From: an uncultured Acidobacteriota bacterium
Lineage (GTDB): Bacteria > Acidobacteriota > Vicinamibacteria > Vicinamibacterales > UBA2999
NCBI GenBank assembly: GCA_963751025.1
Contig: CAVVTC010000006.1
Location: forward strand, 285,722 to 317,721
Length of the DNA: 32,000 nucleotides
Direction: 5' to 3'
Shown in pieces: positions 17,975-26,900 of the stretch. How positions within the stretch are numbered: the stretch's first letter is position 1; every line of letters begins with the position of its first letter. The notes below the pieces were generated by a model. That model was not told where the DNA came from and searched no databases. It saw only the letters and a program-made list of their open reading frames with translations. The position numbers and the translations under genes were made by a program.

Positions 17975-18883
17975 ATGCCGTCCGAGCGCGATCTGCTGAC
18001 CCTGCTCCGTGCCATCCGTCATCGTCTGGACGCGGACGTGTCGCTCGATGCGCTGGCGACGCGTGCCGGCTGGTCTCCGTTCCATCTGCATCGGGCGTTC
18101 CGGCGCATGGTGGGCGAGACGCCGAAGCAATACACCCTGCGTCTGCGACTCGAAGGCGCGGCGGCGCGGCTGCTGGCGAGCGATGACTCGATCGTCGACG
18201 TCGCGCTGGCCGCTGGATTCAGCAGCCACGAAGTCTTCACACGCGCGTTCCGTCGTCACTTCGGCCGGACGCCGGCGGCGTATCGCTCGACGGCGCTGGC
18301 CGGCGCGTCGCCGGAGGTGCGCGCGCGGCACCGCGCGTTGACCGACACCACCGGCCCGTGCGTCGGCCTGTTTCACATCTCGTTGAACCACACACATCCG
18401 GTACGGAGATCCTCGATGCCTACTCTGTCGATCGAACGACGCGACGTCCCTGCCCAGCCAGTGCTGATCATTCGCCGCCGCATTCCACGCGCCGAGCTGC
18501 AGGCGACCTTGGCGGAGTGCTTCGGCAAGGTCTTCGGCTACTGCCAGAGGGCCGGAATTCCGCTCGACGGCCGTCCATTTACGCGATACCTCTCGACGGG
18601 TCCGGGGCTCTGGACGATCGAATGCGGCAAGCCGCTCGCGACTCCTGCGCCCGGTGACGGCGAAATCGAAGCCGCGACGCTTCCGGCCGGCCCGCTCGCG
18701 ATGGCTGTACACGGCGGCCTGTACGACGAGCTCCCCAACACGTACGCGGCGCTCGAACGATGGATCGAGGCGAACGGCCTTCGCGCCGGAGATGCTCCAT
18801 GGGAGTCCTACATCACGAGCCCCGCCGAAGACACTAATCCAGCCGACTGGCGGACCGAGGTCTACTGGCCGCTCGCGCGATGA
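17975..18883 (+). CDS. AraC-family regulator with a C-terminal GyrI-like effector-binding domain
   Basis: The HTH_18 region is SLDALATRAGWSPFHLHRAFRRMVGETPKQYTLRLRLEGAA..VALAAGFSSHEVFTRAFRRHFGRTPAAYR. The GyrI-like half is RRDVPAQPVLIIRRRIP .. PFTRYL .. LPAGPLAMAVHGGLYDELPNTYAALERWI .. WESYITSP. The ORF is intact. Confidence 0.9.
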   Translation: MPSERDLLTLLRAIRHRLDADVSLDALATRAGWSPFHLHRAFRRMVGETPKQYTLRLRLEGAAARLLASDDSIVDVALAAGFSSHEVFTRAFRRHFGRTPAAYRSTALAGASPEVRARHRALTDTTGPCVGLFHISLNHTHPVRRSSMPTLSIERRDVPAQPVLIIRRRIPRAELQATLAECFGKVFGYCQRAGIPLDGRPFTRYLSTGPGLWTIECGKPLATPAPGDGEIEAATLPAGPLAMAVHGGLYDELPNTYAALERWIEANGLRAGDAPWESYITSPAEDTNPADWRTEVYWPLAR

Positions 18884-19283
18884 GGAGTGTTGCCGCGGTC
18901 CTCGCCGGGTTCGTGACGCTGTCGGTCTCGCTCTATGCGATGCAGGGCGTCGGTCACCGCGATCCTGCTGCGGATGTATCCAGAGCTTCCCGAGACGGCG
19001 TCGATCGTCAATCACAGCACGCTCACGCGCGTGTTCTGGCTGATCTGGGAGACGATGAGCATGGTTGCGGCGGGCTATGTCACCGCCCGCCTCGCGTCGA
19101 GCGCTTCGAATCGCTCACGCGACCGTCATGGGCGCGATTCAGGCGATCGTCACGCTGTGGGCGATGTTCTCCGTTCGCGGCGGCGACGAGCCGTTGTGGT
19201 TCTGGCTCACTGGCATCGCGATGATGGTTCCCGCCGCGTGGTACGGCGGATGGTTGCGGTCGCGGAACGTCAAGCGAGTTTAA
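18880..19283 (+). CDS. Small hydrophobic membrane protein of unknown function; two frame breaks as read
   Basis: ATG 18880 overlaps the AraC stop (ATGA). Hydrophobic strings fall in three successive frames: MRSVAAVLAGFVTLSVSLYAMQGVG, then AILLRMYPELPE..VFWLIWETMSMVAAGYVTARLA, then VMGAIQAIVTLWAMF..LWFWLTGIAMMVPAAWYGGWL. Confidence 0.45.
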
Positions 19284-19788
19284 TCGCGATTCTTCAGCGC
19301 ACGCGCCATCTCGGTGACGCGCTGCCCGAATGATTGTGCGGTCGCGATCGGATCGTCGTCCGCCTCGCTCGCACGGCGCGACGATGAGCCCACAGCACGC
19401 CGCGGCCGAGTAGATCGGCTTCAGCGCCGACTCGCGATTGCCCGGGCGCAAGTGGCGCGGCGATTTTGCCGGCCATCGATCCGAGCGAGGACAGCGACGC
19501 GACGTAGGCCTTCGAGCTCGGTCGAGGAATCCGCAGGCGTTGCGAGAATGATGACGTCGGCCCATACCGGATCTGCGGGACGCGGGACGACGTAGTCCCG
19601 GTTCATCCGGGCGAGGTTCGTCTTCCACTCCGCGTCGGCCTCGATGGTGGCGCGTCAGCGCGATCGGCGACGCGGCGCAGCCGGATGTTGGCGTCGGCCT
19701 GAATAGCGCCGAGTCCCGCGGCGAGCGCGAGCCTCTCCGCCGTCCCACGGCGCGAATAGAAGACGACGAGCGCGTTGATGTCACCCAC
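19280..19788 (-). pseudogene. Flavodoxin-fold NAD(P)H-dependent oxidoreductase (WrbA-like); about three frame breaks as read
   Basis: The GTG 19788 start gives GDINALVVFYSRRGTAERLALAAGLGAIQADANIRLRRV. Later frames give DYVVPRPADPVWADVIILATPA, GKIAAPLAPGNRESALKPIYSAAACCGLIV and DDDPIATAQSFGQRVTEMARALKNRD, with the stop at 19280-19282. The family call is moderate. Confidence 0.6.
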
Positions 19789-19801
19789 GCGAAACCTCGA
19801 G

Positions 19802-19826
19802 TGTGGGGGCCGCCTTCAGGCGGCCC
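19802..19826. repeat. REP-like GC hairpin, copy identical to 2156-2180
   Basis: tgtgggggccgccttcaggcggccc lies in the 42-nt gap between the pirin stop (19831) and the flavodoxin-like start (19788), both on the minus strand. Confidence 0.8.
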
Positions 19827-19830
19827 TGTG

Positions 19831-20543
19831 TCAGGCGAGGTCGAACAGGAGCAGCTCGCCGCCGCTGGTGCCGGCGCCGCGGAGTGTGAGCGCGGCTTCG
19901 TCGCTCACCGCCAGGCCGTCGCCTTCCTTGAGGGCGATGCCGTTGACCTCGATGTCGCCGCCGGCGCTCTGCACCCACGCATGACGTCCCGTGTGCGATC
20001 GGAAAGGTGATCGTCTCGACCGCTGCCGAGGACCGCCGCATACATGCGTGCGTCCTGATGAATGAATGCGGCCGGAGGATGCGTGTCTCGATCCGGTCCC
20101 GCGATCAGTCGCAGCGTGCCGCGTTTTTCGGACGGGTCGTACGCGAACTGCTGATACGACGGCTTGATGCCGCGCGTCTCCGGCACCAGCCAGATCTGGA
20201 AGAAATGCGTCGGCTCGGTGTCGGACCCGTTGAACTCGCTGTGGATGACGCCCGAGCCCGCGCTCATCGCCTGCACCTCGTTCGGCCCGAGCACGTGCTC
20301 TTCACCCATGCTGTCCTTGTGCGCCAGCTGTCCGTCGAGCACGTACGACAGGATCTCCATGTCGCGATGACCGTGCGCGCCAAAGCCTTTGCCCGGAGCC
20401 ACGCGATCGTCGTTGAGCACGCGCAGCGCGCGAAAGCCCATGTGCGCCGGATCGGAATAGCCTCCGAACGAAAAGGTGTGATAGCTCTTCAGCCATCCGA
20501 GGTCGCTCTTGCCGCGGTCCTCGGCTTTCCGCAGTGTCAGCAT
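19831..20543 (-). CDS. Pirin-family protein (YhhW/quercetinase-like bicupin); two frame breaks (~20015, ~19965)
   Basis: MLTLRKAEDRGKSDLGWLKSYHTFSFGGYSDPAHMGFRALRVLNDDRVAPGKGFGAHGHRDMEILSYVLDGQLAHKDSMG..VQAMSAGSGVIHSEFN is a canonical pirin N-domain. The C-domain continues in other frames (ETITFPI.., HAWVQSAGGDIEVNGIALKEGDGLAVSDEAALTLRG..LLLFDLA). Confidence 0.85.
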
Positions 20544-20635
20544 GCTCTTGATGTTAGACGAAAATCTCGTTCAGGGCTGAATCGGGATGGTGTCCCTCGA
20601 CTTCCAGCCGGCCCGCGCGGTAACGCAGTCCATCG

Positions 20636-21502
20636 TTAGTTGGCAGGTGGTGTCTTTTTCTGCTCGGCGAGCGTTGTGTTGTAGCTCTTCTCCATGTTGT
20701 CGACCCACGCTTTGTAGCCCGCGGGATCAATGTAGGGGTTGGTCGCGCTCCCAAGCCTCTTGTGCTTGCCTGCCAAATCAAAGAACCAGCTGTGTGCCCC
20801 GAGAAAGACCTCAGCCGGCAGTGACTTGAATGTCTTGATACTCCGGGCGAAATCCTCGGCGATCTCGGGATAGTTCTTGTTGTTGACCAGCCGTGCATTC
20901 TCCTGAAGACCGGCGCACGCGATGAGGACGTCGTAGGTCCTGCCGCCGGCCGCAATCCTCGTCGTCCAGGTCGTGCAGCCCCGCGTGTGGCCGGGCGTCA
21001 GGTGCGCCGTGAGCGTCGTGCCGCCGAGTGATACCTGCTCACCGTCTTTCAGGACGCGGTCGGCGGAGTACGCCTTGCCGCTCGGCGCCTTCATCGCCTT
21101 GAGCGCAGGAATGTCCTGCTCCATGGCCATCACCGTTGCGCCGCCCGCGAGCTCCTTCAGCATGGCGTCAGCCTGCTGGTGATCCGGGTGCGCGTGGCTG
21201 CCGAGAACGACTTTGATGTCGGTGAGCGTGAAGCCAAGCTTCTCGACCGACGCGCGCAGCAGCGGCACGGTGTCCTCGTAGTTCGTGTTGATCAGGATGT
21301 GCCCTTGCGGCGTGGTGAAGAGATACGAGTTCAGCGTGGCGGTCCCGACATAGTGGAGGTTCCCGATGATCGTGTGCGCAGGGAACGCGACTTTGTCCTG
21401 GGTCCGATCCTGTTGCGTTTGCGTCTGGACAAGCGCTGACGTTGCCACACAGCCGGCAAGCAGCACCACCGCGCCTCGTGTCCTGGAAGTCATGAGTCGC
21501 AT
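20636..21502 (-). CDS. Subclass B3-like metallo-beta-lactamase-fold hydrolase, probable lipoprotein
   Basis: The lipobox-like string is VVLLAGC. IIGNLHYVGTATLNSYLFTTPQGHILINT, VLGSHAHPDHQQ (H-x-H-x-D-H), LTPGHTRGCTTW and FLGAHSWFF appear in the order typical of B3 MBLs. The ORF is intact. Confidence 0.8.
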   Translation of the reverse strand: MRLMTSRTRGAVVLLAGCVATSALVQTQTQQDRTQDKVAFPAHTIIGNLHYVGTATLNSYLFTTPQGHILINTNYEDTVPLLRASVEKLGFTLTDIKVVLGSHAHPDHQQADAMLKELAGGATVMAMEQDIPALKAMKAPSGKAYSADRVLKDGEQVSLGGTTLTAHLTPGHTRGCTTWTTRIAAGGRTYDVLIACAGLQENARLVNNKNYPEIAEDFARSIKTFKSLPAEVFLGAHSWFFDLAGKHKRLGSATNPYIDPAGYKAWVDNMEKSYNTTLAEQKKTPPAN

Positions 21503-21514
21503 CCCAATCTCGGT

Positions 21515-21925
21515 TCAGGTCCGGTGAACCGGGTTGCCCGCGCGGGTCTTCAGGATCTCGTCGATCAGAAACAGGTCGGTGAGCAGCGCGCGCACGTGAA
21601 TCGACGCGTTCAGGTTGTCGATGAGCTGTGAGCCGATCGAGGGCTGCGCGAGCACAAGGCGAACGGCTGCCAGCGCGCTCCGCGCGTCGCGGTCGAGCAC
21701 GTCGATGAACGCCGCATAACGATCGACCGGCTCGAGACGACCCTCGTCGATGGCGGCGCGGCAGGACCCTGCCAGGCCGTCGAGTGCCAGCTCGGCCCGC
21801 TGAAGAAACGTCCGAAGCTGGCCCGACGCGGGGCTGCCCGCTTCATCGACCACACCCTGGGCCGCATAGGCCAGCGTGAACTCGTACCACTCTTCGATCG
21901 TTTCGCAGCGCGCGGCCAGATCCAT
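21515..21925 (-). CDS. Hypothetical protein (136 aa, helical, no family recognised)
   Basis: Intact ORF lying 12 nt upstream of the B3 MBL gene on the same strand. The composition is protein-like (CETIEEWYEFTLAYAAQGV..), not the Arg/Pro-rich shadow-ORF type. Confidence 0.5.
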   Translation of the reverse strand: MDLAARCETIEEWYEFTLAYAAQGVVDEAGSPASGQLRTFLQRAELALDGLAGSCRAAIDEGRLEPVDRYAAFIDVLDRDARSALAAVRLVLAQPSIGSQLIDNLNASIHVRALLTDLFLIDEILKTRAGNPVHRT

Positions 21926-21983
21926 CAGTGGTCCGTATATGCAGAGGGAGTGTTGGTCACAACGAGCCTTCGACCTCGGTTTG

Positions 21984-22008
21984 CCGGCCGCGAGAACGGA
22001 GCGGCCGG
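21984..22008 (-). terminator. GC hairpin CCGGCCGC-N9-GCGGCCGG downstream of the cytochrome b gene
   Basis: Perfect 8-bp stem lying 25 nt after the stop at 22033. There is no U-tract, so this is only a possible terminator or stabiliser. Confidence 0.3.
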
Positions 22009-22032
22009 GAGCAATTCACGAAGGACATTCCG

Positions 22033-22845
22033 CTAAGCGATCCAGCGCTGCGGATCGTGGTGCTCGAGATACTGGCGCCTGGTGATCCAGCCGAGGATCA
22101 TCGACTTGGTGATCCACCATTTCTCGGGCCGCACAGCGAAGTACACGTGTGCGATGACCAGCCCGACCAGCGCCACTCCGGCCAGCCCGTGCGCGACGTA
22201 CGTGACGCCCCACATCGAGTCGCCGAGCAGGTATGGGTTGCGCGTGAACAGCGGCGTCCGGATGCGGACCATCATCAGCAGGCCACTGACGGCGACACCC
22301 AGCCCGGCGACCACGATGGCCAGGTGATAGAGGCGATTGCCCAGCGGATACTTGCCGGACTTGGGTCCGTCTACGTCCTGCCCAAGCTCGCGCAGCAGCT
22401 CCGCCTTCAGCTCGGGCACGTCTTTCGGGCCGACCCAGATCGACCAGAAGTCCATCCACACCGTGGCGTGGACGATGTGAAAGACGATCGAGGCGGTGAG
22501 GACGAGTCCTGCCATCCAGTGCCAGGTCACCCACGCGAACTGGATCCCGACGATCGGCAGGAAGGCCGTGAACAACAGGACGAACATCGCCGCGGCCATG
22601 ACCCAGTGGAAGAGCCGCGCGGCGAGCGAGTGGCGGGGAATCCGGGCGGGCAGATCGCTGCGCGCCGCCTCGAGTCGATCCGTCTCGAGCGCATCTCGTT
22701 TGCGATGCCTGGAGAGCAGCATATAGCTGGCGTGGGCCACCAGGAACGCCAGCCCGGCGAAGAGCGACGCCCAGAGCAGATCCCACGAGATGTGCGTGAG
22801 GATCCACTGACCCCACGGACTGCGTCCCCAGGTCAGGAGGTCCAT
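22033..22845 (-). CDS. Membrane di-haem cytochrome b subunit (FdnI / Ni-Fe-hydrogenase cytochrome b family-like)
   Basis: Multiple TM helices with conserved-style His residues (RHSLAARLFHWVMAAAMFVLLFT, IVFHIVHATVW, NRLYHLAIVVAG, VIAHVYFAVRPEKW). The start at 22845 is 3 nt from the stop of the FAD-subunit gene. Confidence 0.75.
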   Translation of the reverse strand: MDLLTWGRSPWGQWILTHISWDLLWASLFAGLAFLVAHASYMLLSRHRKRDALETDRLEAARSDLPARIPRHSLAARLFHWVMAAAMFVLLFTAFLPIVGIQFAWVTWHWMAGLVLTASIVFHIVHATVWMDFWSIWVGPKDVPELKAELLRELGQDVDGPKSGKYPLGNRLYHLAIVVAGLGVAVSGLLMMVRIRTPLFTRNPYLLGDSMWGVTYVAHGLAGVALVGLVIAHVYFAVRPEKWWITKSMILGWITRRQYLEHHDPQRWIA

Positions 22846-22848
22846 GCG

Positions 22849-23850
22849 TCAGGACTCCGTCCCGCGAACCGCGCGTTTGACCAGGTTGCGCAGCAGCGGA
22901 ACTTTGTAGGCGTTGTGGTGCAGCGGCACGGCGCCGGCGATCGCGAGCTCGCCGGCAGCGGCCGCCGTCGCCTCGTCACGCCTCCTGCCGCGCACCGCGT
23001 TCTCCACCGCCGGCAGGCGCAGCGGCGTCGGCGCCACGCCGTTCACGGCGATGCGCATGCGCGTCACGGTGTCGCCCGACATCACTGCAGCCGACGCGAC
23101 GTTCACGAGCGGAAAGTCCCACACGTTCCGATCGGCGACCTTCTCGAAATAGAAGTGCGCGCCGGCCCACGTTCCGGGAAGCCGGATGGCCGTGAGCAGT
23201 TCTCCGGTGCGCAGCACCGTCATTCGCGTGATGTCGGTACCCGGACCGACGAAGTAGTCCTCGGCTGCGACGATCCGCTCGCCGTCGCGGCTGCGGATGA
23301 CCATCTCTGCCTCGAGCGCGATCAGCGCCGGGGACGTGTCGGACGGGTTCACGGCGACGCAGCGGTCCGCGCCGAGGATCGCGTGCTCGCGATTGATCGC
23401 GGTCGGCGTGTCGGCGTAGCAGATGTTGCCGCCCGCCCGATAGCAGGACCATCCGGCCCTGTAGTACCAGCAGCGCGTGTCCTGCGTGACGTTGCCGCCG
23501 ATCGTGCCCTGATTCCGGATCTGCGGAGACGCAGCGGCCTCGGAGGCCTGCAGCAGAATCGAGTAGCGCTCCTTGATCACCGGATGCCGCACGACCTCGG
23601 TGAGCGTCGTCATCGCGCCGATCTCGAGGCCGTCGCCGCGCGTGCGGATGCCTGTCAGCTCCGCGATCGCGCTCAGATCGACGACGACGCTCGGGCGCTT
23701 GATGCGATCCTTCAGCCAGTCGAAGCTGTCGAGCCCGCCGGCGAGTACCCAGGCGCTCGAGCCGTGACGGTCGAGCAGCTCCAGCGCGGCGTCGATCGAC
23801 GCCGGCTGATACAGCTCGAAGGCGGGCATGACATCGCGGATGACTGCCAT
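22849..23850 (-). CDS. Xanthine dehydrogenase-family FAD-binding subunit (PaoB/CoxM-like) with a four-Cys cluster motif
   Basis: PAFELYQPASIDAALELL..AWVLAGGLDSFDWLK and IRNQGTIGGNV are FAD_binding_5 strings. The Cys string is TRCWYYRAGWSCYRAGGNICYA..ADRC. The CO_deh_flav_C-like C-terminus includes FEKV..RNVWDFPLVNVA. GAGGA lies upstream of ATG 23850. Confidence 0.85.
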   Translation of the reverse strand: MAVIRDVMPAFELYQPASIDAALELLDRHGSSAWVLAGGLDSFDWLKDRIKRPSVVVDLSAIAELTGIRTRGDGLEIGAMTTLTEVVRHPVIKERYSILLQASEAAASPQIRNQGTIGGNVTQDTRCWYYRAGWSCYRAGGNICYADTPTAINREHAILGADRCVAVNPSDTSPALIALEAEMVIRSRDGERIVAAEDYFVGPGTDITRMTVLRTGELLTAIRLPGTWAGAHFYFEKVADRNVWDFPLVNVASAAVMSGDTVTRMRIAVNGVAPTPLRLPAVENAVRGRRRDEATAAAAGELAIAGAVPLHHNAYKVPLLRNLVKRAVRGTES

Positions 23851-23865
23851 CTAGGTCCTCTGCCG

Positions 23866-23946
23866 TAATTCAGAATGCAGAATTCAGAATTCAGACAATG
23901 TCGGGGTCGGAGTATGTCTGCATTCTGCATTCTGAATTCAGAATTA
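23866..23946. repeat. AT-rich imperfect palindrome built from CAGAATK heptamers (intercistronic hairpin element)
   Basis: TAATT-CAGAATG-CAGAATT-CAGAATT-CAGACA, then an 18-nt centre, then GTCTG-CATTCTG-CATTCTG-AATTCAGAATTA. The arms pair at 27 of 31 positions by hand alignment. The element overlaps the TAA stop (23944-23946) of the upstream cistron. Confidence 0.85.
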
Positions 23947-26900
23947 CATATGAGCCCGCAAGGGCTCGTGCATCCGTCGTCCGTGCTCCAGCGACATCAG
24001 CACGATGTCGGCGGTCACCGGGGCGCGGCGGAACGCGTCCACACCGATGGCGTCGGCGATCGCATTGAGCACGGCGCCATAACCGGCGCCGACCGGCGGC
24101 TCGCCGACGCCGCGCGCACCGACCGGCGTCTCAGGGTCGGCGATGTCGAGCGCCACAGCCTGCAGCCGATTGGGAATGTCGAGGATCGTCAGCGGCTTGT
24201 TGTAGTGGAACCGCCGCGCGAGCGTGACGCCGTACTGCGGATCGACGACCCACTTCTGACAGAGCGCATGGGCGATGCCGAGACAACTCCCGCCATTGAG
24301 CTGCGCGATCAGGCTTCGGGGGTTGACGACCGTCCCGACGTCTCCCACGGAAAGAAAGTCGACGAGCGTCACCTTGCCAATCTCGACGTCCACTTCGACC
24401 TCGGCGAACCCGATGACGAACGAGAACGTGTTGCCGTCGCGCGGATAGTTGTCCTTCGCGACTCCCATCAGCCCGAGTCCCATGAGCGCGGCTGCCGACG
24501 TCTTCGTCATCTGATTGACATCATCGGGGACGACGTGGCCGTCGAAGCGGCCGCCCAGCTCGATCGCGCGGCGAGCGGCCTGCGCGTAGCTCAGACCGCG
24601 TCCGGGACTGCCGCGGCGATAGACGCGCTCGCTGCCGAGCTCGTAGTCGTCCGGCGAGCCGCCGAGATCCATCGCGGCGATCTCCTGCAGCTTCTTCTTC
24701 GCGTCCATCGCGCCCGCATGGTTGGCGCGCGTCATCGCGTGCGTCGTCTGGCTGCCGACCGAGAGACACGTCCATGGCAGGTGCTTGCCGGTGTTGCCCC
24801 ACACGACCTCGACTTTCTCCCAGGGCATCGCCAGCACGTCAGCGGCGACGCGCGCGAGATCGAACACCGAATGCGTCCCGAGATTGCCGACGCCCGATTG
24901 GACGTACAGCTTGCCGTCGGGACGCAGCGTCATGATGGCGTCCCAGCCGATCGATCCCGCGCCGTGCGGGCCTACCGTCACGCCGATGCCGCGCACCTTG
25001 CTGCCCTGGCGCTTCCCGCTGCGTGCCTTGCGCTCCTCCCAGTTGAAGACCTGCGCGCCCTTGTCGAGCGCTTCGGTGACGAACGCGCTGGTCGCGTGCG
25101 GACGCACACCGTTCGGGCCGGGCGGGCCGTAGACGGCCTTGCCCTTCGGTGCGTTGATGCGGCGGATCGCCACCTGATCGAGGCCGAGCTGCTTCGCCGC
25201 CTTGGTGACGATCGGCTCGATGATGCCGTTGGCCTGCATCGGGCCCGGCGACCGCTGCTGCGTTCGCGGCGGCGTGTTGGTGATCACGTTGATCGCCCGC
25301 CAGCGCATCGCGCCGGGCTGATAGATCAACGAGGCGGCGTTGCCCGCGGATCGATGATCGCCCATCGGGCCGTACGCGCCCGAGTCCTGGACGATGAAGA
25401 GGTCGAGCGCGGTGATGCGGCCGTCCTTGGCGAAGCCGACCCGCGCGCGGCCGGACATGTTGGTGCGCGCACGGCCGATGTAGCTCTCCTCTTCGCGGCT
25501 GATGCGCATCATCACCGGCGCGTTGGCCTTCTTCGCGAGCAGCGCAGGAATCGCCGACGACACCGCGCCCGCGCCCTTGCTGCCGAACCCGCCGCCCGTG
25601 TACTCGCAGATCAGGACCACGTCGGACGGTGGGATGCCGACCCAGCGCGCGATGCCGGCCACCGTGAACGCGACGCTCTGCGTGGAGGCGTGCAGAAACA
25701 GCTTGCCGTTCTGCCAGTAGGCCATCGCGCTGCGCGTTTCCATCGGGTGGTGACTCGTGGACTGCACGATGAAGCTCTCGTCGAGCACGAGCTCGGCGGT
25801 CTTGAAGCCGGCATCGAGATCGCCGAACGACCACTCCTCGAGCGCCTTGCCCATCGGCAGCCGTCCGGGATCGCCTTCGTCATCAGCGAAGTCGGCGGCC
25901 GTCCATTTCACGGTCTCGGGGACTGGCGCTGGAGCGGGGCCCTGGCGCGCCCGGGCGCCGGTGGACGCGGTGCGCCCCAGACGTTGCCGTTCAACCGCGC
26001 GTTGGGGCCGCCGGGCCGGAGGCTGTCGAGCGGATCGACGACGAAGGGAAGCGGCTCGAGATCCACCTGGATCGCTTCGATGGCGGATGCCGCGGTCTCT
26101 TCGTTGACGGCCGCGACGGCCAGGATCGGCTCGCCGGCATAGAGCGGCTCGTTGGTCAGCGCCTTCTCGGCGCCGTTCAGATCCGGTACCTCGTCGGCGG
26201 TGAGGATGGCTCTGACGCCGGGAATGGCGAGCGCGGCGCTGGTGTCGATGCCGCGCACGCGCGCGTGCGGCATCGGGCTGAGGAGCAGCTTGGCGAAGAG
26301 CATGCCGTCGGCGCGGAAGTCCTCGGCGTACTTCGCGCGGCCGGTCACCTTGGCGACGTGATCGGGCGGGATGTAGTTCGCGCCAATCAGCTTCCCATCA
26401 GGCATTGGACGGCCTCGCATGTACTCCGCGCCCTTCATCAGCGCGGTGAGGATCTTGTCGTAGTCCTGACAGCGGCACAGATTGCCCGAGACGCCGTGCG
26501 CCAGTTCCTGGCGCGTCGGGTTGGGATTGACCTTGAGGAAGCCGACGGCCGACATGATGAAGCCGGGCATGCAGAAGGCGCACTGAAAGCCCTGCTCGTC
26601 GAGCACGCCGCGTTGCATCGGGTGCAGCTCGCCGGTGGCGCTGGCCAGTCCCTCGATCGTGACGACGGCACGCGACCTCACGGTGTGCGTCAGGATCGAG
26701 CACGAGTAATGCGGAACGTCGTCGATGAGTACGGTACACGCGCCGCACTCGGCGCGGTCGCAGCCCAGCTTGGTGCCGGTGAGCCCCAGCTTGTAGCGCA
26801 GCGTCATGGCCAGCGTTTCCTGCTTCATGACGTCCACGCGCCGCATCTGTCCGTTGACGTTCAGCGTGATCAGACGCTCGACCGCGCCGGGAGCCGAGGT

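Noticed and set aside
17933-19015. 360-aa minus-strand ORF overlapping the AraC-GyrI gene
   Set aside because: It is an Arg-rich shadow ORF. The plus strand has a canonical AraC HTH followed by a GyrI-like domain.
13711-21502. BlaI/BlaR1 pair acting as the inducible regulator of the B3 metallo-beta-lactamase
   Set aside because: The M56 protein lacks a penicillin-binding sensor domain. The MBL gene is about 4.6 kb away, separated by five or more unrelated genes. I saw no copy of the TTAGCAC-N-GTGCTAA dyad upstream of the MBL gene.
23866-23946. Possible CRISPR array or minisatellite (also considered for 28848..28993)
   Set aside because: The repeat period is 7 nt (or irregular GGTCC units) with no spacers. 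The overall structure is an inverted repeat, and no cas genes are present. I interpret both as hairpin/REP-like elements instead.
21928-26142. Two long plus-strand ORFs (21928..23868, 646 aa; 23875..26142, 755 aa) opposite the molybdoenzyme operon
   Set aside because: They have the same shadow-ORF composition (runs of R, A, G, D, H). The minus strand carries clear cytochrome b, FAD-subunit and Moco-subunit signatures.
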